A stretch of 63,936 nucleotides of DNA, the filler included, from Octopus bimaculoides (taxonomy: Eukaryota): NCBI RefSeq assembly GCF_001194135.2. It is 6 parts of 5 records of this genome, joined end to end, with 100 filler letters (N's around TTAATTAATTAA, not from the genome) between each part and the next. Parts side by side here need not be neighbours in the genome. Positions count along the whole stretch, not along the records: positions 35,362 to 57,998 come from NC_068981.1; 5 more parts are not named here. One strand, written 5' to 3'. How positions within the stretch are numbered: position 1 is the first letter of the stretch; each line of letters opens with the position of its first letter. Both the position numbers and the translations under genes were made by a program. Shown here piece by piece: positions 37,993-50,790 of the stretch. Under the pieces are notes generated by a model. That model was not told where the DNA came from. It did no database searches and saw only the letters and a program-made list of their open reading frames with translations.

Positions 37993-39095
37993 CCCGCTCT
38001 CTTAATGTCCCCACATGTGTGTGGTGTGGGATAGTAGAGGGAGAAGAATATCCAGTATAGTTCAAATGTAATCTGTAAAAGTTACATGAATACTATTCGG
38101 GAAATAATGAACGCCGCAACACCCACTTTCAATTTCTTCTAAATTCAATACACCCATTCATTTTCAAATGTCATAGTATCTGTCTGATGATTCCCCACAC
38201 TCAAAGTTCTTTCTTTTGCTTGTTGATGATTCTGTTTTGTATTTAAGGCCCAAATCATTTCTGGATCAGAAGATGATGGTTAAGGGTGTTCCATGTGTGA
38301 CTATTCTATTGTTTTATTATTTGTATTTTTCTCTAGACATATTGCATCTTGGACAATTTATATCATGGACAAACAAGCTAGGGCACGATTGAAGAGAGAT
38401 TTGACTGCTACTTCTAACAAGTTGATGAAAGCGTAAACTGCTTTGGAGATGAAGAATTCCTCATATATTAGAAGAGTCAGTTGATGAGGAATAACTGGTT
38501 CACAGTCAGACGTAACACGTTAATGTATAGAAACACATCAACCAGATAATCACGAATTAGGTTTGGTAAATACTAAGACAAACAGAAAATACTCTCGTTT
38601 ACAGCTAATGGACTCTTGTTTGGAAATAAGTATGTCTGAATAATATTCTTGGAGAATTAAACTGAGAAATATAGTATAAAATATGAGTTTTAATGCTCAT
38701 CGAAATAATAATGAAATGGCCTGCAAAGAACGTGAATGAACTCGGCATCCATGATTTCAAATCGCGGGTAATTTACTGAGTTCATTCGGCCGTCTGACTT
38801 CTATTTAACCAAAACAATATGATATAAAAAAAAAATACGTAACATAAGGGAACGAAGAACCTGAATATATTATTTCATGCTGTCTCTGATCATAATAAGG
38901 TTCTTTATTTATAGCTCTATTAAAACAACATTAACGTATTCAAGCAATGATAAGTAGATTACTGTAGATTCAACATTGATATAAGCACATGTATATTTTC
39001 CCAGGCAACCCTCCCGCTACCCGTCAATAATTCTCTACATATATATTTATATATATATATATATATATATTTATATGTACATATACATATGTATC

Positions 39096-39127
<32 letters not shown>

Positions 39128-39352
39128 NNNNNNNNNNNNNNNNNNNNNNNNNNNNNNNNNNNNNNNNNNNNNNNNNNNNNNNNNNNNNNNNNNNNNNNNN
39201 NNNNNNNNNNNNNNNNNNNNNNNNNNNNNNNNNNNNNNNNNNNNNNNNNNNNNNNNNNNNNNNNNNNNNNNNNNNNNNNNNNNNNNNNNNNNNNNNNNNN
39301 NNNNNNNNNNNNNNNNNNNNNNNNNNNNNNNNNNNNNNNNNNNNNNNNNNNN

Positions 39353-39400
<48 letters not shown>

Positions 39401-40140
39401 ATGCATATATATGTATATATATATATACATAATGTGTGTATATATAAATATATATATATACATATTTACACACGCACCCACACATATACACGCATACATG
39501 TCTATATACGTGTATGTATATATATACACACACACGTATGTATATACTTAGAGAGATATTTGATCCTCGATGTTTCTTCTCCTGTCCCTCTCTCTTCATT
39601 GGCTCTTCTCTATTACTCTATCACTCCGTTCATAACATAAATTGCTTGATAACTCGCATAAAGAACAAAAACGTACACATAGAGAAGGCGGTGGCTTATA
39701 TGAATTGCTTCATTGTGTAACATTGCACGTGTCTAAAGAAATGCTATATGTAACTTTGACACAGGATGAAGAATTTGTTGTTTTGTATCTTTTTTTTTTT
39801 CAGTTGTGCTTTTTTTTTTCTCGTTTACAATATGATTATGATAAATACATTTTGACGTATAGTGTAATTATTAATAAACAACGAAATGAGTCTCTCAGGC
39901 GCTGTACATCCTTCCCTTCCCAACAGGAAAGAACAAAAGAAAACAGAAAAAATGTAATGAAAAACAACTTAGACTAGCTCTCAGAAAAAAAAAAGTCGTA
40001 TGCGTCAGCGATGTATGTACATGTGTGTTCATGTTTGTGTGCGAATGTGTGTCTGAGTGAGAAACTGTGTATGTAAGCACGCATACAAGACGAGAGAAAG
40101 GCAGAGCAAGAGAGAAAAGAGAAGAGAAGAGAGATGGAGA

Positions 40141-40228
40141 GAGAGAGAGAAATGTAGAGTGAGAAAGAGAGAGAGAAATGTAGAGTGAGAAAGAGAGAGA
40201 GAAATGTAGAGTGAGAAAGAGAGAGAGA
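40141..40228. repeat. 26-bp minisatellite x3 (GAGAGAGAAATGTAGAGTGAGAAAGA)
   Basis: Direct reading. Confidence 0.85.
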
Positions 40229-41878
40229 ATGACAGAGAAGCAGAGAATGTGAAATATAAATATACGAAAATTCCTACATGTAAAATGATGCATGCGTCTA
40301 TGTTTCGCTTCTTACACACGCACACACTCACCAACACACACATGAAATATAGGCTACTCATAAAAACACACACGCACACACACTTATGCATGCATGTATA
40401 AATATGCATGTGTGTGTGTGCGTGTGTATATCACATACATAGAATTCATGTAAAACTTTTAACAGCTAATCTATATAATTTATTCTTCAGATTTATTCTC
40501 GTCATAGACACCGAATGGACGTGTGATATTTGAGTATATCTGACAGTAGTAGACCATCATGTCAGCTGAAGATTAACTGAGTACGAAATTTCTGCAGTTC
40601 TCATGTTATATAAGGAGCGTTAGTATAGTTAGTTAATACCAATCAAACAGTTATTAAGATTATTGCCACAGTGGTAGATGACAGAGTTTCTTCGATGTTA
40701 TCGGGGTCTGTTCGATGACACTGTAACAGACGTGCGGTGAACCTACTTATGTGTTTTGTTTTGCTCCTTGCCTTTTTTTACAAAATCGTTTTCGTATAAC
40801 GGTTATTATAAATGTTAAAGTTACGTGACTCTATTCGTTTATTGTTTTCATCTTTGTTTTATGATATACGGGTGTAAAAGGCAAAAGTAGGTGATGTGCC
40901 AAGAGGCAGATTAGACAAATAGATTGATGGGAGATTGGCAGATTGGCTGATTGGGAAGGACAGAGATTTGGAGAGAGCGAGGTACAACCATCAGTCAGCA
41001 AGCAATACAGGCTATCGTGGAAGATGTAAGATGTGGCTGAGAAAGAAATGGCATTTGTAACAGTAGATGAACAGAAAAAGAAATAGTGAAATATACAATA
41101 GGACGAGGTAATTAGAAACATAACGTGATAAGATGAACGATGTGGAGGTACAAAGCATTGGCTGTAGTGTGGGAAATTCAAGAAAGATTGTAAAAATATA
41201 GCGAATCGATTAGTGGGCAAGAAAAAATAAATAACTGTTGAACGAAATATACAGTCGGGTGGATAGACAAGGAAATCATTATGTAGAATGGAGGAGGAAG
41301 ACAGAACGCGAATAACAGAAGAAAAATAAAGAAAAAATAAAATATACAGCTTTGCAATAGAGTAGAAGTATTAGAGTGGTAACGTGATGATATAAACACT
41401 ATGAATGGAGAAAGCAATGGGTCTGGGAACGGAGGTTGAAGAGAGAAATAATGCATTGTCTTTATAGACTCAGAAGAGTGAGAATTTGCTTTATAGAATC
41501 AGAAGAGTGAGAGATTGAAAGAGTGAGAGAGAAAGAGAATGAAATAGCAACACTCAAGCAGTAAACGAGAAAAGCGGTTAACCTAAAATATAATGAGATG
41601 AAAATACAGCGTGAATAAGACAAAGACAGAATTCTGGAAAAGACAATGTGATACAATAAAGACGAGTTATTAGGGGGATAACGTGATAACATGAAAGAGC
41701 CCTTCATGAATATCGTAAAATAGCGAATGACACAGAGAGGGAAGGTCATAGATTTGCTTCAGTAAGTTTCACTTGACGCTACGCAACAAAACGCGCGCAC
41801 GCACATTCCAACATATTGATCATATAACCAGTGTACTCAACAATCCTTCGTCTAATATTGAAGATAGTAAATACACTC

Positions 41879-41935
<57 letters not shown>

Positions 41936-42500
41936 TGTTGATATAGTGGAATTCCTGTTATCATTGTTAAAGATCTGACGCTGTATTATTAATGTAATAG
42001 ACCTAAAATTCTAATCTCAGTGAAGGTTTACGAGGCCGATCTGTTTGCCAGAAATGGCAGCTAAAACCGTCCAAATCTTATCTATATTAGAAATCCTATC
42101 GTCTTTAGGATAGTGGGACAAATTAGACAAAATTGTAAATCAAGATATTAGCATAAGAAAAGAAGGAATATTGATGGCTGTGATTAAAATTATTTTGATC
42201 AAATGTCTGTTCGATCAGTGTTGATCTGAATTAATTTAAAATCAAGGATTACAATATCGGTGTTTGTTTGTCCTAAGTAGAGGTTAATATATTCTAAGAA
42301 TTCAGATCCAGGTACTTACTCAGTCTCCTGTGTTTTGTCACCGCTAGTGACTGATCGGTATTCAGCCCACTAAATCTGATATTTTGTTATCCGTGTGTCG
42401 TGAGATGTCTATCAAACAATTATTTTATGTATCTATCTATCTATTTTATGTATGCATGTATGTATGTATGTATGTATGTATCTATCTATCTATCTATCTA

Positions 42501-42533
<33 letters not shown>

Positions 42534-42748
42534 CACACGTAAATGTCAAACGATAAAACTGAGTTCCCACCACCGCATTAGTGGATATAATTTCTTTATT
42601 TGTGAACTAAGGCTACCATTGATTTCATGTTAAGAAAATTATGAAAATATCCAATTGTCTTAACACATTTTCAAGCCGATCATATGGAGAATGGTATTTG
42701 CCTCCATTTTGGAAAACCCAGCTTCGTATATATACACAGACAGACGGG

Positions 42749-42809
<61 letters not shown>

Positions 42810-45800
42810 TGATAGATAGATAGATGGATAGATACGATAGGTGGTTAGAAAGTAACGCAATTTTTTTTGCATCATTTTAGAGTTACTCTCGAATGTATAT
42901 GAGCACATACACACACATATTTTACTTAAAATTACATTATGATACTTTTTATGAGTACGTATCACTACCATGCCATCTTGTCGAGGAGATTCCGAGCTTT
43001 CCCAATTTTCAACATAAAAATTCTGAGAAATGACGCAATGACTGAAGCGCTGCAGTCAGCCTGAAGTTAGTTTGATCGTCTTAATATCGGATGATGAATG
43101 ATTGTATTCTGTTTATGTATATATCGCTGACGTTACGAAAGAAGTTTTCAGAAATATCTGACGTATTCTAATTGTTTAATAAACGGCTGGAGTATTTTAG
43201 TTGCTAATTTAAAAGTATTGTATGTTATAATGATGGGCGAGTGTAAGAAAATGCTAGAGGACTGGAAGTAAATTCTTTGCAGAAGTAAGGAGTGGTGTTT
43301 TAGATCCCAAGTTCAAATTCATTATTATGCACATTTGTTTTCTAACCTGACATATCCGCGATACCGCCTCTCTGTATGGCAGCTATTGCATCAAAGCTCA
43401 CTCAAATGCACACAATGTTTTTTCAGAGAATGTTCGGGTGAACAATATCATCGCAATACTATAAAAGAAAAAAAATGAATTCGATGTTCAGATGTAGAAT
43501 GCTTCTTATCAACCGTTTATTTACTCAGGAAATGTCAAGGTCTAAGTAATAAAAATAACCTGTAATCTTAAAATTTGAAGCTTTGTGGTAATTTATGAAG
43601 TCAACATTATTACAGATCAGAACTGACTAGTAGACCGTTGGCATAGGTGTTGCGGAGAAAGTATTTCCTAGTTATACCTTATATGGTTTATATATATCGT
43701 GCAGAAGTCGATTTCAATTGGCAATCTTCTAAGATCAATAAATTAAGAGTCAGGAATGCAGTAGAGTCGGCTTCGTCTGATGTAATTACCCCACCCCGTC
43801 ACACCAAAACCATTACCCGATTATGCGTGACATAGTAACACAGTAATATACTCCCACAAAAGAAAAATGGAAGTAAGTTAGTGATGAGTTTCCAAGTAGC
43901 TTCGTCGAACAAGGGGGGTAAAAGTTTACTCAATCATTATATCTACTATAAATAACATCTAATTATCCCTCAAATAACAGTTACCTCTTTTATAAAAGGG
44001 ATAGGGTTACATTGAATGATGTAGTCCTAGTTGAAGAGTGTCTCCGGTTTTTGATGAACATCATCGCTAGTTGTAAATTTGCAAGAGGCCAATCACAGGC
44101 CATTGTGCAAAAAAGGAATGAATTATCACAGCCAAAATATTATTGATCATATACCAGCTCACAAATAGCTGACCTTGTCAACAAGACTTGCAACATTGCA
44201 TATGTCGTTAATGACCCTGGAAAAGGCAGAAAGTTTCAAATTCAATTACATTTAACAGATGCTCCTTTTGTTCAGTCAAAAACAAGAACTCTACTATAAA
44301 ATGCGATTGTGATGAATATCTAGTTGTAATGTATATTAGTATAGTAAATGATGTATAGTAAAAGCAGAAAGTCTCAAAATTACAGCCATTTAAATGAGAT
44401 CCATTGTATTTAAGAAACTAATACTATAAAATACGACTGTGGTGAGTGATTTGAAATAAGAGGCAAGATTCTGGTAAGAAGAACGAATGATTGACATTTA
44501 ATCTGGCATTGAAAATATTTCTTCCGATGTTATCAATCTTATACACACCCATCACCTCCTTCATGAAGTTGAAAAAGAAATTAATATCAAGAAATACAAG
44601 CAATTACTTTGGAAGTGTCAGGTGGGTAGGTATGTAGCAAACCGAATCAGCGACACTCTTTTAGAAACCTAATTAAAACAAATTTCGAAACACTTACTAG
44701 GTGTATTATTCTGATGAAATGTATGGTTAAAATATCCCGCTACAAATACCCTTAATAAAAGAGGTATTAGTAAAATACAAAAAGAAGTTGCTTTCAAAAT
44801 CAAAGTAGATATGAAAATAGATAGCTGATATAACCCAAAATAGATGAAGAGAATAATGAAGCTGCAATTCACTCGTTTGACTCGGTTGCTAAAGGAGCCA
44901 AATATTCTTCATATCACTCATTTGTGAAAGAAAAAGATAGACGCATTGGATAATTTGATACTTGAGACAGTGCAAAAAAAAAAAAGAAAAAACAAAGATT
45001 GTAGCTTGTAATTGAAATGTATTTGATGAGATGCCCGGTAGATCCGGATTTCTCAACATCTCAAAGTTTCTATAAATTAAAGTCTGTGGTACAGTTTTCA
45101 TTACTAGGTAATTACATTTTACTTACACAACCGGATGTATTTGAACAGCATAAATAGTCATTTCCCCTACCTAGAATGAAAATGTAAATATAAGAACGCA
45201 TGAAATTGTATCGAGAAAACAGTAACGTCCAAGGGCAGGAAATTGAGCTGAAAAAAGAAAAAGAAATAGTACAGCACAAAACAGCAGAAAATTAGAAATA
45301 GTATCGCAACAGACTGGACCGAGCATAGAAACGATTGTCTGAAAATTGAGTTCGGAACTTGTAGCGAAACCACAAGGAACTAAGCCGAGAATGATTAGCA
45401 GAAAGTCGCCATATGATTGAACTGATAATAATAAGCAGAGAAGCATAGAGTTCAGTTTTAAAATGCCATAAATTTAATAATTAGAACCGAAATATTGACA
45501 ATTTATACATGTATTGGTGAGTGGAAAATGGAAACAGAAAACATGGAAAAACAGATTTAAGAATCTTGATTAGAAAATTTTAGCAACACTCAATAATGTA
45601 TTATCCGGTTCAAAAACGGTGTGCCAAACGATTCAGAACGGCAGCCATGCTCTGAAAAACGTCACAAGGACTACCGGGATAGAAGAATATTATGTATGAT
45701 TCTCAGCCACATAATGTGGCTTTCTCGTGGGCTGTGCATTAAAGCTTGTAGTTGACAATTGGTAGATTGACAATATTTTTAGAAAGTGAGAATACTCGAG

Positions 45801-46068
45801 TCAATTGTAAACGTTATATTTACACCCAAAATATTAAAGGTGCTAATTGAGTATTCTCTGAATCTATGCCGTGACTGGAACAAAACATCGGTATTTAAGT
45901 ATGCATATATGATCATAAACTTATTTTGAAACATTCCTAGGACATGCAATTCAGCGAGTGAACATTTCTCTAAAATGATAAACGATGATTTCTCTGAAAT
46001 GATAAACCATAAACATGCGCGTGCGTGTTTATGATTGAATATTTTATATATGTATGTATGTATGTATC

Positions 46069-46101
<33 letters not shown>

Positions 46102-46844
46102 ATGTGTGTGTGTGNNNNNNNNNNNNNNNNNNNNNNNNNNNNNNNNNNNNNNNNNNNNNNNNNNNNNNNNNNNNNNNNNNNNNNNNNNNNNNNNNNNNNN
46201 NNNNNNNNNNNNNNNNNNNNNNNNNNNNNNNNNNNNNNNNNNNNNNNNNNNNNNNNNNNNNNNNNNNNNNNNNNNNNNNNNNNNNNNNNNNNNNNNNNNN
46301 NNNNNNNNNNNNNNNNNNNNNNNNNNNNNNNNNNNNNNNNNNNNNNNNNNNNNNNNNNNNNNNNNNNNNNNNNNNNNNNNNNNNNNNNNNNNNNNNNNNN
46401 NNNNNNNNNNNNNNNNNNNNNNNNNNNNNNNNNNNNNNNNNNNNNNNNNNNNNNNNNNNNNNNNNNNNNNNNNNNNNNNNNNNNNNNNNNNNNNNNNNNN
46501 NNNNNNNNNNNNNNNNNNNNNNNNNNNNNNNNNNNNNNNNNNNNNNNNNNNNNNNNNNNNNNNNNNNNNNNNNNNNNNNNNNNNNNNNNNNNNNNNNNNN
46601 NNNNNNNNNNNNNNNNNNNNNNNNNNNNNNNNNNNNNNNNNNNNNNNNNNNNNNNNNNNNNNNNNNNNNNNNNNNNNNNNNNNNNNNNNNNNNNNNNNNN
46701 NNNNNNNNNNNNNNNNNNNNNNNNNNNNNNNNNNNNNNNNNNNNNNNNNNNNNNNNNNNNNNNNNNNNNNNNNNNNNNNNNNNNNNNNNNNNNNNNNNNN
46801 NNNNNNNNNNNNNNNNNNNNNNNNNNNNNNNNNNNNNNNNNNNN

Positions 46845-46899
<55 letters not shown>

Positions 46900-47658
46900 A
46901 TTTTTTTGTATATACATGTAAGTGATACATGACGCAATTAATGCGCCGAATGGAAAATATCGGGCTTAGTTTTATCCTGAAGCGTCCATTTATATCCAGG
47001 TCTATTTTGCATTTATCTTCTACAAGGTTAATAAATTAATGACCAAAAAAATTCCGCTTAAAACAATAATATTTTGAAGGTAATGCTACAGTATGGACGT
47101 CGTCAATCATTGTTATGATATATACAACCAGTACTAAAATACATATAATTTTGACACAATTCCATGTCATTAGTGGGTTGCTAGTATATTTCATAAATGA
47201 TCCTAAATAAATTGAGCAAATTTCTAATTGAAGTCCTTCACTATAGAATTTGAACTCCAGCCGCAAACGGACTCATTTCGAAACTTTCGTCGGTTTTATT
47301 ATAAAATACCTCGTTGAAAAGCTTAAACTATAATATACAACACATTGACTGCAAATAAACTTTTCGGCTAAGTTTTATACCACCCCAAAGATTATCGAGT
47401 AAATTTACAGGAGATAAGAAAATATTAAAATATTTCAGTAAGGTGATTTACTATCCGAAATGTATGTTAATGTCAGGCGTATTTCATTGGTACTTTGTGT
47501 TATTTATGGTTTCCATTTATTCTTTATCCATATTCATTTTATGAAAGCAAAACTACATAGGCAAAAAAGACACATTATATAGCACACGCAAGATCACTAT
47601 ATTACATATGTACATGTGTACGTATATGTATTATGCAGTGGTTTTTCATATATGTATG

Positions 47659-47704
<46 letters not shown>

Positions 47705-48462
47705 NNNNNNNNNNNNNNNNNNNNNNNNNNNNNNNNNNNNNNNNNNNNNNNNNNNNNNNNNNNNNNNNNNNNNNNNNNNNNNNNNNNNNNNNNNNNNNNN
47801 NNNNNNNNNNNNNNNNNNNNNNNNNNNNNNNNNNNNNNNNNNNNNNNNNNNNNNNNNNNNNNNNNNNNNNNNNNNNNNNNNNNNNNNNNNNNNNNNNNNN
47901 NNNNNNNNNNNNNNNNNNNNNNNNNNNNNNNNNNNNNNNNNNNNNNNNNNNNNNATATATATATATATATATGCATATATATATGTATGTATGTATGTAT
48001 ATCATGTATGTATGTATTACGCTTGTGTCAACATCTCAGATATCACAATTCTCATCGGGGTTATAAAAAATCGTGTGATTTGAAGCACTACCAGTAGTTT
48101 AGGTCATATATCACAAATAAAAAAAATATTACCATCTCTATATGTTCTTATGTACTGAGTTTATTTTTATTGCATGGTTGATTTTCTTAGTCTTGATAAC
48201 TTTCTCTGTCATGATCAATGCGACGATCACACGCTACAAACCTTATTTCCAAGCGCTGCTGTAAATATTGGAAGTGAGCTGGAACGTTAAAACTTAGTGC
48301 GCATCTACCGGAGTGTTTAAGCTCAATCCTTCTCAAGCAGCTTCACTCTGCGTCCTTTAACTTTGTTACCATGCCAACAGTGCGAATACTTATTGATCAG
48401 ACATAGTGTGCGTGTATATATATATATCTTCAAAATGACTTTCTAAAATGAAATTCCATTAT

Positions 48463-48548
48463 GCAGCTGAGGAGTACATTTTCATTGTATTTTCTGTGGT
48501 GTTCTCACTACATGAATAAATGTAGCTTGTACGAAACGTACGTGCTGC
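48463..48548 (+). ncRNA. Hammerhead-like fold with extended loop II
   Basis: GCAG-CUGAGGA-GUACA(49 nt incl. CUACAU/AUGUAG hairpin)UGUAC-GAA-ACGUACGU-G-CUGC. Confidence 0.45.
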
Positions 48549-48703
48549 TATTGAATTTTTGTTGCTCAACTTCAAATTTTATTCACGAAATCTCTTGATT
48601 TTGTTTTTGGTTTTTATCCTACCAAATTCTGGTGCCTCAAACATTTTAAGTACCACATTTAATCTTTTGATTCAATCTATATTTTATTTTATATATATAT
48701 AAA

Positions 48704-48764
48704 GGAGAATATTGTAGTTCGCTTGAAGCATTGTGTATGCTTCAAGCGAACTACAATATTCTCC
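48704..48764. repeat. Perfect 28-bp-arm palindrome with 5-nt loop
   Basis: GGAGAATATTGTAGTTCGCTTGAAGCAT-TGTGT-ATGCTTCAAGCGAACTACAATATTCTCC. Confidence 0.95.
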
Positions 48765-48782
48765 GGACAGCAAAAATAAAGG

Positions 48783-48994
48783 TTTTGAATGGTACAACAA
48801 TGGACTATAATGCACAAAAATGGACTATATACATGTATATACCAACTTGGAAAACAGATTATAGCAGCGACTCCATCTAAGTATATCTGAAGAAGGAATT
48901 GTATTCCGAAATATCATCGGAGTATGGATAACTAATTTACAATATGTATATAGTCCATGTTTTATATTATAGTGCATTGTTGTACCATTCAAAA
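48783..48994. mobile_element. Foldback element with ~52-bp imperfect arms and a central hammerhead-like motif
   Basis: TTTTGAATGGTACAACAATGGACTATAAT..ATGGACTATATACAT is inverted at ~48942-48994. The centre reads CTGAAGA-A-GGAAT-TGT-ATTCC-GAAA-TA-T-C (48887-48915). Confidence 0.65.
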
Positions 48995-49564
48995 AATTTA
49001 TTATATATATATGTATATATATTTTATTTTATATTATATATTGTATATTCCATATTCTATACCCCACATTGGTTCTGCAGGAATAAAATAAAACATAAAA
49101 AACAGACAGTGTTGGAACTCTTTTAAACAAAATAATATATATATATATATATATATANNNNNNNNNNNNNNNNNNNNNNNNNNNNNNNNNNNNNNNNNNN
49201 NNNNNNNNNNNNNNNNNNNNNNNNNNNNNNNNNNNNNNNNNNNNNNNNNNNNNNNNNNNNNNNNNNNNNNNNNNNNNNNNNNNNNNNNNNNNNNNNNNNN
49301 NNNNNNNNNNNNNNNNNNNNNNNNNNNNNNNNNNNNNNNNNNNNNNNNNNNNNNNNNNNNNNNNNNNNNNNNNNNNNNNNNNNNNNNNNNNNNNNNNNNN
49401 NNNNNNNNNNNNNNNNNNNNNNNNNNNNNNNNNNNNNNNNNNNNNNNNNNNNNNNNNNNNNNNNNNNNNNNNNNNNNNNNNNNNNNNNNNNNNNNNNNNN
49501 NNNNNNNNNNNNNNNNNNNNNNNNNNNNNNNNNNNNNTTATCACTGGCGTCAAGAGTCGACATT

Positions 49565-50790
49565 TATAAATTAGGAAAGGTACGAACGGTGATGATGCTA
49601 AGAGAGTCGAAGAACATGGGAATCAGGTGTAATCCACAAGATGTTGATATAGCCAGGAAGTGGAAAGCAGAAGCAGAGACTGATGACACACTGTCTCTTC
49701 TTATACACCAAGATATGGTGGGTGTAGCGCAAATTCATCGGAAGGGTTTTGGTTATGGCGCAGATCGGTTGAGATCGTTTGCCAGTATGATGCGGAGCGA
49801 ACGCATATCTGTTGCTAGTAACAGCTTCAAAACATGAGAGGCAGAAAGAAGAGAGCTTCATTTGATCCAATGCACTCAACAAGGACAGATGACGAGATAG
49901 GTCGAATGTGTTGTTGAGAGAAAAATAATTTGGAATGACATGTGGAGGTTGACCACATCTCAGCTAAGTTTTCTGATTCGTTCATCCTATGATGTCTTGC
50001 CATCATCTGCAAATCTAGTAAGATGGAACGTCTCAGAGAATTGATATATGTATATGCAGAAAGGTCGGAACACGGAACTTGTTGAGTGCATTGGATCAAA
50101 TGAAGCTCTCTTCTTTCTGCCTCTCATGTTTTGAAGCTGTTACTAGCAACAGATATGCGTTCGCTCCGCATCATACTGGCAAACGATCTCAACCGATCTG
50201 CGCCATAACCAAAACCCTTCCGATGAATTTGCGCTACACCCATGCAGAAAGGTCGGAACACGGAAACATATTCTTTCCAACTATTCACTAGTATTGAATA
50301 GATATGCATGGAAGCACAACCGGTCCTTAAGGTTACCATCACTGCCTTAAAGAACCAAATTGAGCTCAAAAACAGTGGAGTAAAAAACCGTTGAAAGTAC
50401 CAACTAGAGATTTCATTACCTTCGTGCGCTCAGGACAGCAAATCCGTTTCAAGAAGAAGAAATTTCCTGTGAGCGATGAAAAGTGGAACGGCTATTGGGA
50501 GGTTGCTGCAGATTTACAAGATTGCCAGGGACTCTTTCCCATCCCACTTACCAAAACAACTAGTTGAGTTAACAGTTCCTTATGAAGATGACATGGACGC
50601 CGCTCCGACTCGAAAGACTGAGCGTTATGTAAACCTCCTCGTGAAGTTTTTCCAATCGAAGTCGGATGTAGAGGATTTGTTGGGTACAGTGACTGTTGTT
50701 ATCGTCAGGCCTAACTCGTCGTAAAGTAAATTCCACCATGAACGATATCCAAACTACAGTGGAAAGGGCTAGCCATCAGAGAAGATGAGC
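49565..50790 (+). mobile_element. HERO/R2-group (restriction-like endonuclease) non-LTR retrotransposon 3' half, decayed
   Basis: Translates RKWKAEAETDD, QLSFLIRSSYDVLPSSANLVRW, GTRKHILSNYSLVLNRYAWKHN, WEVAADLQ..FP, ELTVPYEDDM..RKTERY and PIEVGCRGFV, which are hallmark HERO-clade C-terminal, zinc-knuckle and RLE motifs. Confidence 0.88.

Noticed and set aside
40563-40595. CAG-CTGAAGA-TTAACTGAGTAC-GAAA-TTT-CTG weak hammerhead-like motif
   Set aside because: Stem II is mismatched and stem I is only 3 bp. It could be a decayed relative of 48463 but cannot be supported.
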